Shown: piece by piece, positions 56,700-64,000 of the stretch
Layout of the letters: each line of letters begins with the position of its first letter
Numbering within the stretch: position 1 is the stretch's first letter
Program-made: the position numbers and the translations under genes
Notes under the pieces: model-generated
What the model was told of the DNA's origin: nothing
The model's input: only the letters and a program-made list of their open reading frames with translations
Databases searched by the model: none
NCBI GenBank assembly: GCA_016196035.1
Contig: JACPYM010000099.1
Span: 869 to 64,868 of the forward strand
Direction of reading: 5' to 3'
Length of the DNA stretch: 64,000 bases
Source: Acidobacteriota bacterium
GTDB taxonomy: Bacteria > Acidobacteriota > Blastocatellia > RBC074

Positions 56700-57279
56700 C
56701 GCGCGGAAACGCTTTGCCTGTAAACGCGAAGCCCTGGTTTTTCGCCTCGGGCGTTGCCCAAAACTCAGTTGAGCTTCAGTCTGGACAGCGCGGCCAACCG
56801 GCTACTTGTTAATTGAAATTCAGCGCTTTTGCGGCAGTCACGCTGACACGTTGCCAGCGCGGCTGCCGGGGGAGGTGCCTACTTTACGCATGAGTCGCTC
56901 AGCTTCCAAACGGCTGGCCGCAACCCGGCGCTGCCGTTGGGCGGAATTCGCCCAACGGTTGACGTTGCGTGTCCTTTTTTGGAGAAGCGAATTTGGATTC
57001 CGGCTGCGGCTCAGCGCCGCCAAAAGAGCTTGGCCAACCAAAATGGCGCAGAAGCACCGGCTCCTACGCCATTGAAAATTTCTCTAGCTTGTTTGCGTTC
57101 ACTTACGACAACGCGATGTCGAACTGCTCCCGCTGCACTCCCGACGCGCGCTTGATCGAAACGCCGCCGCCGTCGAGGTACGTCTCAATCTCCCGCAAGA
57201 CGTCACGTTCGGATAAGCGCCAGGCATTGGTGACAGCGCAGACACGCAAAGAACACGCCGCCCGGTAACACACCGCTAC

Positions 57280-59610
57280 TCATTTAACGTTGACCAGCAA
57301 GCCATTCGCCGCGCGCCCCTCCGCAGACAACGCCAGATTGCCATCGCCCCGCCCGCGCAAGGAACGCGGCACCCGCAGATTGACCTGATCCAACCCAACC
57401 AAGCCTGCCACCTGGTCGGCAAACAAGACTTCAGCATTCGCCCCACCCAGCGTCGCGGTCACAGCGGTCAACGAGCTGCGCCCGCGAATGCCTGTGCCAA
57501 ACAGCACCAGGAACACCTGATCGCTGGCCGTGCCCAAGTCCGGCCCCAAATCAATCGGTACGGCGACAAAGCGATTCTGCGCCGCATCGAAGCGCGCCAA
57601 AGCTTCATAGCTTTGTGTGCCGTCAGCCTTGACGCGCAACACCACGCCCGAAGGCACGCCTTGACCGTTTGCATTGGCGCTGAACAACCCCGGCGCAACC
57701 GGCAAAATCTGTAGCGTCCCGGCGGACACCACACCATTCCCACCCGTGATCGTCACGGAAGCCGTTCCGGGCAACGTGCCCAGCGGAATTTGATAATTGA
57801 CCTGTGTCGGCGCGACGAAAAAGAGCGGCGCGAGCCGTTCGATGCCCAGACTGTCTTTGACCAAGACCCGCGTGCCCGCCAGCGTGGTCGGCAAAGGCAC
57901 CGTGGCTGCCGCTTGCGTAGCGGTCGCTAACTCTGAGCCGAATGCCGCCACGATGGATTCAGGCGCAAAGGCGGCGGCACTGAAACTGGCGGCTGAGACA
58001 CTGGCGACAGCGCCGGTCGGCAAGCGATCCAATGCCGCGATTTCATTGCTCGACAGCGCCGTGTTGAACAGTCGAAGGCGCGCCACGTAGCCGCCTGACG
58101 CCTCGCCATCGCCCACATTGTCGCGAAAGAACCGCAGCGTGTTGCCTTCGAGCAGCGCGTCGCCGTTGGCGTCCACAAACGAAAATTGATTGACGCCGTT
58201 CAGGTAGACCGCCACGCCGCCCGCCGCATTGCGCGTCATTGCCAACTGCACAAAGTTATTCGCCGCGATGACGCGATTGTTACTATCGAGGTACGAGTTA
58301 TTGACGCGTTTGAAGACCAAGCGGCCTTCATAACAATACAGGCCGTTCTCGCTCGTGCCATTTTTGAAATCCAGCAACCGGCGATACTCCGAGACGGCGC
58401 TCAGCGCCAACAAAGCGACCACAGTGTACGCCTGATTGGAGACGACGCCGGCGGTCGAAAACAACGCCACGCCATTGTTCGGATCGAATTTCAAGGCGCG
58501 GCGCACACGACCATCCACCTCCACATTCTCAAAGCCGTTGCCGCCCAGATTGAGCAGCACGGGCGGAAAACCTGCCGCGCTGCCGAGCGTGCCTTGAAAT
58601 TGATAATCCGCCGCGAGCGCCGGCGTCGTCGCGTTCGACACGCTGAACACGGCGTTGGTTTGCGCCTCGCTGCAACCGGCTTTGCTCAAGGCGAGCGTGC
58701 CGGTGACGGCGCCGGCAGGCACGGTCACGTTGAGTTGCGTGTCGTCATTGCTGGTGAACACCGCATTGAGGTTGTTGGGAAAGCGCACGCTCGTCACGCC
58801 GCTCAAGCCCACGCCATTGAGCAAAAAACTCGCGCCCGCCGCGCCGCTGTTTTGCGCGAAGCCGCTGGGGCTGGGGCAACCGGCCTGCGCCTGCGGCAAA
58901 CGATCCAGCCCGGCAATCTCGCCGCCCGCCAGCGGCGCGTTATAGATACGTAACCGCGCCACCACGCCCGCCGACGCCTCGCCATCGTTGTCACGGAAAA
59001 AGCGCAGCGTGTTGTTCGCGCCAACGCTCGCGTCGCCCGCCGCGTCCGTGAAAAAGAATTGCCGTACACCGTTGACGTAGGCCGTCACATCGCCCTCGGC
59101 GCTGCGCGTCAGCACCAACTGGGCAAAGGTGTTGGGCGCGAGAATCAGCGTGTTGCTATCAATGTAGGAGTTATTGACGCGCTTGAAGACCAGCCGGTTG
59201 TTATAGCAATACAGCCCGTTGTCGGTTGTGCCGTTTTTGAAATCGAAGAGGCGGCGATAGCCGGAAACATTGCCGAGCGCGAACAACATCACGATGGTAT
59301 AGCTTTGATTGATCGCCAGCGCCGTTGTCGGCGTCAGCGATAACCCGTTGTTCGGCTCGAAATACAACGCGCGGCGCGTCACGTCGTCAATCGTCGCGTT
59401 GTCGAACGAATCGCCGCCGAGCTGCGTCAGCATAAGCGCATTGCTGAGGGAGCTATTCAGGTCATTCCGAAATTGATAATCGGCGACGAGGCCAGACGCC
59501 GCGCGGGGATCAAAAACGGCGCGCGGTTGTTTAGCCGCTATTCGGCGTAAGCCTGATAGCGCGCAAAACAAAGCGAGCAGTAACGCAATGACAAATCGTG
59601 AGCGGTTCAT
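57280..59610 (-). CDS. Secreted protein with two tandem copies of a roughly 190-aa lectin/LamG-like module, an IPT/TIG-like domain, and a C-terminal Soli_cterm-like domain.
   Basis: ATG at 59610 with AGAGGGA RBS and signal peptide [20 protein letters not shown]. There is an internal duplication (ADYQF...[11 protein letters not shown]...[23 protein letters not shown]...RLRIYNAPL versus ADYQF...[11 protein letters not shown]...[23 protein letters not shown]...RLRLFNTAL). The C-terminal 230 aa are homologous to the C-termini of 7521-15556. Confidence 0.8.
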   Translation of the reverse strand: MNRSRFVIALLLALFCALSGLRRIAAKQPRAVFDPRAASGLVADYQFRNDLNSSLSNALMLTQLGGDSFDNATIDDVTRRALYFEPNNGLSLTPTTALAINQSYTIVMLFALGNVSGYRRLFDFKNGTTDNGLYCYNNRLVFKRVNNSYIDSNTLILAPNTFAQLVLTRSAEGDVTAYVNGVRQFFFTDAAGDASVGANNTLRFFRDNDGEASAGVVARLRIYNAPLAGGEIAGLDRLPQAQAGCPSPSGFAQNSGAAGASFLLNGVGLSGVTSVRFPNNLNAVFTSNDDTQLNVTVPAGAVTGTLALSKAGCSEAQTNAVFSVSNATTPALAADYQFQGTLGSAAGFPPVLLNLGGNGFENVEVDGRVRRALKFDPNNGVALFSTAGVVSNQAYTVVALLALSAVSEYRRLLDFKNGTSENGLYCYEGRLVFKRVNNSYLDSNNRVIAANNFVQLAMTRNAAGGVAVYLNGVNQFSFVDANGDALLEGNTLRFFRDNVGDGEASGGYVARLRLFNTALSSNEIAALDRLPTGAVASVSAASFSAAAFAPESIVAAFGSELATATQAAATVPLPTTLAGTRVLVKDSLGIERLAPLFFVAPTQVNYQIPLGTLPGTASVTITGGNGVVSAGTLQILPVAPGLFSANANGQGVPSGVVLRVKADGTQSYEALARFDAAQNRFVAVPIDLGPDLGTASDQVFLVLFGTGIRGRSSLTAVTATLGGANAEVLFADQVAGLVGLDQVNLRVPRSLRGRGDGNLALSAEGRAANGLLVNVK

Positions 59611-59689
59611 GTTTCCCTCTTGTTTCTTGCTGCCCAACCGGATGTTTATGGGAAAGGCAAAATTTCAACTTGTGCCGCTGGTTTCCCGC

Positions 59690-59719
59690 GAATCCCGCCA
59701 ACCCCGGTTGGCGGGATTC
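59690..59719. other. Perfect palindrome gaatcccgccaaccccggttggcgggattc between the mini-protein gene and the Soli_cterm gene.
   Basis: 14-bp perfect arms with no adjacent T tract. Possibly an operator or attenuator rather than a classic terminator. Confidence 0.4.
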
Positions 59720-59791
59720 AAACGCTGCGGGGTTCACGGTTGACCGGCATTTGATAGCTGCACACCTTGCCGCCGCAGGCAAGCCAATGCG

Positions 59792-59941
59792 CTACGATTT
59801 GCCGGAGCCTTTGCACACCGTGCAATTGCCCGAGCCTTTGCACTTTTCGCAGTCATACGGTGGCAGGATGCTGCCGTTGGAGCCGCTGCCGTGACACTTC
59901 GAGCATTTGCCCGTGCCGTGACAACCTTTGCATTCAGCCAT
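59792..59941 (-). CDS. 49-aa mini-protein made of four CXXCXGXG repeats (DnaJ-type cysteine-rich zinc-finger module, free-standing).
   Basis: Hand translation of the minus strand gives MAECKGCHGTGKCSKCHGSGSNGSILPPYDCEKCKGSGNCTVCKGSGKS, with ATG at 59941 and TAG at 59794-59792. It is missing from the ORF track because it is under 60 aa. Four CxxCxGxG units are present. Confidence 0.6.
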   Translation of the reverse strand: MAECKGCHGTGKCSKCHGSGSNGSILPPYDCEKCKGSGNCTVCKGSGKS

Positions 59942-59985
59942 AGCGCTTTACCCCCTTTCGCGAAAGTTGGGCGTCGTGACCACCG

Positions 59986-60231
59986 CTATACCGGGCGACG
60001 AAAGGTCACGACGAAATACTCCACCAGCGATTGCCGCGCGCCGAATAACATCGCCAGACAGCCTGGCTGCACGACGACGCCGATGGTGTCCACGCGGTAA
60101 AACTCCCAGCCTTGCGCCGCCTGTTCGTTGGCAACGTTTTGCAGGTAATAAGCCGCTTCGTGGCCTTGCCATTCTTTGGCCGCGACTTGAATGGTCGGCG
60201 GCAGTTGGATCATTCGGTATTCGTAATTCAT
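59986..60231 (-). CDS. DUF4177-like small protein.
   Basis: ATG at 60231 with AGGAGG RBS. MNYEYRMIQL...AQGWEFYRVD...VTFRR matches the DUF4177 pattern I recall (EYK.I.L...LN..GWE...V). Confidence 0.55.
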   Translation of the reverse strand: MNYEYRMIQLPPTIQVAAKEWQGHEAAYYLQNVANEQAAQGWEFYRVDTIGVVVQPGCLAMLFGARQSLVEYFVVTFRRPV

Positions 60232-60301
60232 GTGTACCTCCTGGATTGAGTTTGTCGGACTGATTTGGTCAGTAAACCGACGCGGCTTGAGCCAACCACG
60301 A

Positions 60302-60868
60302 TCACCCGCAGGAATCCATTCCATTGAAATGTTTGGTTTGATCCGTCCAGCCGATTTGCCCTTTGCTGTTTTTGACCTTCACCCACCAAATGGATTGCGG
60401 TTGCTTCAGAATTTTGAAGAACGTGACATCATAAATCTCGGCCTCGCCCAGCTTCCCTTTGTACCAAACCTTGCTGCTGCCCTCGCCGAGATTGGTCAGG
60501 ATGTAAACGAGTTCGCCCGTGCTCACGCGCAACCCGCCAATCGCCGTCGGCTTGAGCGCCCGCGCTTGGCCCGGTTGCGTCGTAATCACCACGCCAGTCA
60601 CGCCCAACACTTTTTCACCGCGCCGCAAGGTAAAGGTCACAGGCGCATTGTTTTGCCGCTCTTGCCGAACGACGGTTGGCGCGCTGACCGTCCAACGGCG
60701 ATAGGTGCAGCATTCAAACGGACAAGCGCCATGATCCTCGTAAGGGAGCGATGGCCCGACATTGCGGCTTTGCGTCGAAGCCGCCGGTTGTTGCGGCGAA
60801 CTGCCTTGAAACGTTGTGGTGGCGGCGAGCCACGCAAAAACTACGAGAGCCAACGATTGATATTTCAT
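60302..60868 (-). CDS. Secreted protein of unknown function (188 aa), Cys-containing with an SH3b-like C-terminal region.
   Basis: ATG at 60868 and signal peptide MKYQSLALVVFAWLAATTTFQG. Confidence 0.55.
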   Translation of the reverse strand: MKYQSLALVVFAWLAATTTFQGSSPQQPAASTQSRNVGPSLPYEDHGACPFECCTYRRWTVSAPTVVRQERQNNAPVTFTLRRGEKVLGVTGVVITTQPGQARALKPTAIGGLRVSTGELVYILTNLGEGSSKVWYKGKLGEAEIYDVTFFKILKQPQSIWWVKVKNSKGQIGWTDQTKHFNGMDSCG

Positions 60869-60937
60869 AGCCGTAATTCCTTGAAGGATGATCTTTGTCC
60901 CGCGACTTTTCATCAGCTTGTTTGGGCGACGACATAG

Positions 60938-61648
60938 TTAGTCACCGACCAACCTGGCCCATTTCCAGCGAGCATCTGTTCCTAGTTCGAAAACAAGCGT
61001 TTCGGGTTTGATGGTTCGCTTTGCCTGTCTGCCACTGAAGTTCCAACAGGAGCTATCCTTGGGCCTGCAGTTCACAACTCCGCCGGTCACTGATTTCAGG
61101 ATGCGCTGCCAGGGAACCAGTCCCGTATCCATGTTTCTGATCACCTGGGCGGAATTGACCTGCCCGTCTCCCGCCCACTCAAAGCCGGCGGAGATCATTG
61201 ACCTTATGGCGGCGCGGTCACGCTGCTGAAGGGCGGCTCTGAATGCAGGCCAGAACGTAGCCCAATCACCTTGCTCCGGGTTAGTAGCGACATTTCCGGA
61301 AGTTCCTTTGAGATTGGTGACGCGCACTGCCTTCACGTCATAAGTTTTGCTGGCGGCAGACCACTTTGCCCCAACGTAATCAACCTTGACGCGTGTGCCG
61401 ACCTTGATGTCTTGATCTCCAATGATCTGTGGGCTGTCTTTGATTTTGCCCGGGCAACCAAGACAAAAGGTGTATGTTTTGCCGCCCGCCTCGACTACCG
61501 TGGTGTCGCCATGCGCTCCGATCTCGTATTCGATGACAATCCCTGTGATAGTGGCCGCGCCAGTGGCATTTCTGGCGGCAGGCCGTTGGGCATAACTCAG
61601 CGCTGTGAACACCAATAGAACTGCAACCGCGATTTGAACGCTGCTCAT
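60938..61648 (-). CDS. Secreted protein of unknown function (236 aa).
   Basis: Signal peptide MSSVQIAVAVLLVFTALSYAQ. No recognisable domain. Confidence 0.55.
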   Translation of the reverse strand: MSSVQIAVAVLLVFTALSYAQRPAARNATGAATITGIVIEYEIGAHGDTTVVEAGGKTYTFCLGCPGKIKDSPQIIGDQDIKVGTRVKVDYVGAKWSAASKTYDVKAVRVTNLKGTSGNVATNPEQGDWATFWPAFRAALQQRDRAAIRSMISAGFEWAGDGQVNSAQVIRNMDTGLVPWQRILKSVTGGVVNCRPKDSSCWNFSGRQAKRTIKPETLVFELGTDARWKWARLVGD

Positions 61649-61888
61649 TGTTCCTCCATCAGTCCGTCGTTAAAATGTTGTCAAACTAAACTGCACCCAA
61701 CGAACGCAATGCTTGCAAAATCTGGAATCCAGTGGCACGCCGCTGCCACATTGCGAACATTGTCTTTCGGCAGCTTTGACTGTCTCGTACATAGGCTCGT
61801 CTTTCATGAGCTAAAGCGCACTTGCGAGGAATTTCAGCGCAAGCGAACGCAAATAAATTTTTCTCGCGATACCGGCAGACTTGGGTTG

Positions 61889-64000
61889 TTATTTCCATTC
61901 GCCTTGCAACACGAAGCCCGCCCAAAAATACGGCGCGGCAAACTCGCGGTCACGCCACATCTCCAACTGCGCCGCACGCAAGGCAGCGGCGGGCGATAAG
62001 CGCGGCGCGCCCAACAGGTGTTTATAAAACTTGACCATCAGCGTGGCCGAAGCGCGGTCTTCGATCTTCCAGGCGCTGACCACCACGCGCGGCGCGCCGG
62101 CGTACATAAAGCCGCGCGCCAGACTTAGCAGCCCTTCGCCTTTGACCTCTTTGCCGAGCGCGGTTTGGCAGGCGCTCAGCACCACCAGATCGGCGTTGAG
62201 CCGCAGGTTGTAAATATCGTGCAGGCGCAGGAAGCCATCTTGCGTGCGCCCTTGTGCGTCGAGCAGCGAGAGCACCAGACCCGACAGTTCGGGATGCGCG
62301 CTGTGCAAAAAGCTGTGCGAAGCGAAATGCACAATCCGGTAATCGGCGAGCGCACCGCTGACGGCTTGCACGCGGTTGGCGGCGAAGCCCGTGGCTTTGA
62401 GCGCGCGCGCGGCGGGCACGAGCGGGGCGATGTGGTCGGCTTCCCAACCGGTGTTGGCCAGACGATGAAACTGCAATGACGCACCCGTCTCGTTGAAAAC
62501 TTCCGCCGCGCGCAACAAGGCACGCGAATGCGCGGGCGACACGCCGTCCGGCGGCGTTTGCAGGCGACTTGACCCGGCGGTGCGCCCAAGTTTTTGCCCA
62601 AGCTGTTGCCCAAGCTGTTGTTTGAAGCGCGGGTCATCCGTTTCAAACACCGGGTCGGCCAGCAGTGCAAGCGTTTTCGGTGCGGGCTGCCGTCCGGCCA
62701 TCTCGCGGCGCAAGACGGCTAGCGTCGAAGCCGAGGGCAGATAAACAATCTCGTGTTTTACCAGCAGCGGCTCAGGCGTGGCGGAAGCGTGGCTGGCCGG
62801 ATCAGGCAGCGCGCTGAAGGGAATGAATTGCAATTTGCCCTGCGCGACGATCAGCAAGCGTTGGCCGCCCAATTGCGCGGCGACGGGGCCGAGAATCATT
62901 TGGCTCAAAGCGGCGGCCTGCGCGGGTAATTCAGCCTCGGCGCGCGTGGCGCGTTGTTGCGTCTGGCGCGGCGTTTCGCCCTTCACTTCCCGATTGCGCG
63001 CGGTCAGCAAAGAGTAAACACGCGCCGCCTGCGCTTCGATCTCCGCGCGTTTTGGTAATTCGTAACTGGTCACGGCGCGCGGCGTAACGGCGAACAGATA
63101 GCTGTGCTCTTCACCCAAGGCGTATTCGAGCAGCAGGGTGTTTTCATCCAGCAATTCGTGTTGAATCTGTTCAGCCGTCAGCGGCTGCGGTTGCGTCAAC
63201 ACGGCATAGCGTGGGCTGACGGCACGAATGCGCGTCTGGGTTTCTTGCAATTGGCTGAGGACGCTTTTGATTTCAGCGGCCAGGGCTGCCGCCTGCTCGG
63301 CGCTGTGTTTGCCACTGAGCAAACGCACTTGATATTCGGACTTGCCGTTGAGCAACTGTTGCAACTCGCGTTCGCGCGCGAGTAACGCGGCGTCACCACC
63401 CTGCGTAAGATTCGCGCGGATTTCACCCAACGATTCCAGCAGGCTGCGCGCCGAGGCGCGTTCGCTGAGATGCAGCGCCAGCCGCGTGTCAGCCTCACGG
63501 CGCGCCGGGTTGTGCGCCGGTTGCAGCAACAGATCGAGGTAGAACTCGTAATAGTCGCGCACGCTGGCGAGATACGAAGCACGCAAATTCTGGCTGATGA
63601 CGCTGGCGCGCAACGATTCGATCAGGCTGAGTGCGGTTTCGATGTCGCGGCGCGCTTCCGGCAACAGACCGAGGCTGCGTTCGGTGCGCGCCAGCAAGAA
63701 GAGCGTCTGCGCCTCGCCTTCGGGCGCTTGCACGGCGCGGTGGAGTTGCAAGGCTTGTTGCAGGCAATCGCGCGCGGTTTGGTTGTCACCCAGCGCTTGA
63801 TGAACCTCGCCGAGTCCGGTCAGCGTGGCCGCTTCGCCGCTGCGTGCGCCAATCTCGCGCCAGAGGGCCAGGGCTTGCTGATAATGTTCAAGCGCCTGTG
63901 GCTTTTCAGCGGTTGCGCTGTAAAGCTGGCCGAACAATGCCAGCGCCTCCGCTTCTCCACGCCGCTGTTTATACTTGCGGCCAAGTTCGAGTGCTTCGTT
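61889..64000 (-). CDS. TPR-repeat protein with a C-terminal CHAT (caspase-like) domain; the N-terminus extends past the window end.
   Basis: N-terminal TPRs (LALWREIGARSGEAATLTGLGEVHQALGDNQTARDCLQQALQLHR...). C-terminal CHAT signature (HFASHS...DADLVVLSACQTALGKEVKGEGLLSLARGFMYAGAPRVVVSAWKIED). The frame stays open and TPR-like (..EALELGRKYKQRRGEAEALALFGQ) to position 64000. Confidence 0.75.
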   Translation of the reverse strand, partial: NEALELGRKYKQRRGEAEALALFGQLYSATAEKPQALEHYQQALALWREIGARSGEAATLTGLGEVHQALGDNQTARDCLQQALQLHRAVQAPEGEAQTLFLLARTERSLGLLPEARRDIETALSLIESLRASVISQNLRASYLASVRDYYEFYLDLLLQPAHNPARREADTRLALHLSERASARSLLESLGEIRANLTQGGDAALLARERELQQLLNGKSEYQVRLLSGKHSAEQAAALAAEIKSVLSQLQETQTRIRAVSPRYAVLTQPQPLTAEQIQHELLDENTLLLEYALGEEHSYLFAVTPRAVTSYELPKRAEIEAQAARVYSLLTARNREVKGETPRQTQQRATRAEAELPAQAAALSQMILGPVAAQLGGQRLLIVAQGKLQFIPFSALPDPASHASATPEPLLVKHEIVYLPSASTLAVLRREMAGRQPAPKTLALLADPVFETDDPRFKQQLGQQLGQKLGRTAGSSRLQTPPDGVSPAHSRALLRAAEVFNETGASLQFHRLANTGWEADHIAPLVPAARALKATGFAANRVQAVSGALADYRIVHFASHSFLHSAHPELSGLVLSLLDAQGRTQDGFLRLHDIYNLRLNADLVVLSACQTALGKEVKGEGLLSLARGFMYAGAPRVVVSAWKIEDRASATLMVKFYKHLLGAPRLSPAAALRAAQLEMWRDREFAAPYFWAGFVLQGEWK

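Noticed and set aside
56969-57268. 99-aa plus-strand ORF in the intergenic region upstream of the lectin-like Soli_cterm gene.
   Set aside because: No RBS, odd composition, and it lies in the 3' region of the convergent or adjacent genes. Treated as non-coding.
1-64000. tRNA or rRNA genes.
   Set aside because: No cloverleaf-compatible segments with GTTCRANYC T-loop motifs or rRNA-like conserved blocks were seen. All large regions are accounted for by protein genes or repeats.

Overview
High-GC chromosomal segment. It is probably from an Acidobacterium of the Solibacter/Bryobacter type, because six secreted proteins here carry a conserved C-terminal module that I recall as the Solibacter-specific C-terminal domain (Soli_cterm, TIGR03437). 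Gene order along the window:

- 116-6496: a secreted protease cluster on the minus strand (tricorn-like S41 protease, then an inactive/active M16 metallopeptidase pair).
- 7521-13401: four tandem paralogous secreted proteins, each with an N-terminal Cys-motif domain (CxxCH or CxxxxCH) joined to the Soli_cterm module.
- 13649-15556: a secreted protein with two CHRD domains plus the same Soli_cterm module.
- 15688-17978: a CHT1-like sodium/solute (choline-type) symporter translationally coupled to a phosphatidylcholine-synthase-like CDP-alcohol phosphatidyltransferase.
- 18087-21439: purE, a GntR regulator with an SPFH protein, and an HXXEE membrane protein coupled to a PEMT/ICMT-family methyltransferase.
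- 21450-40101, all on the minus strand: the rpoN-linked cluster in the order LptA-like protein, lptB, rpoN, a giant 2739-aa DUF11 adhesin, hpf, rapZ, EIIA-Man, ptsH, ptsI. The 8.2 kb adhesin gene sits between rpoN and hpf. lptB carries an apparent +1 frameshift in a G4 run.
- 40294-48026: a 2-hydroxyacid dehydrogenase, a DAGK-like lipid kinase, a TPR protein, gpmI, a VapBC-like toxin-antitoxin pair and a GT9 heptosyltransferase.
- 48036-53112: a multidomain TlpA-like redoxin and two tandem FtsX-type ABC permeases.
- 53191-56699: an ECF sigma factor and a membrane-bound winged-helix/BTAD/TolB-N/TPR regulator.
- 57280-64000: a cluster ending at the window edge with a lectin-duplicated Soli_cterm protein, an unlisted 49-aa 4xCXXCXGXG zinc-finger mini-protein, a DUF4177 protein, two secreted proteins and a partial TPR-CHAT protein.

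Intergenic DNA is rich in three repeat classes: a REP-like palindrome (CAGCAGGCTGSCAGCCTGCTG), a MITE-like palindromic element (core GCGCGCGTGAGCAAGCGG), and many tandem heptanucleotide repeats arranged as inverted pairs. I found no tRNA, rRNA or CRISPR array.
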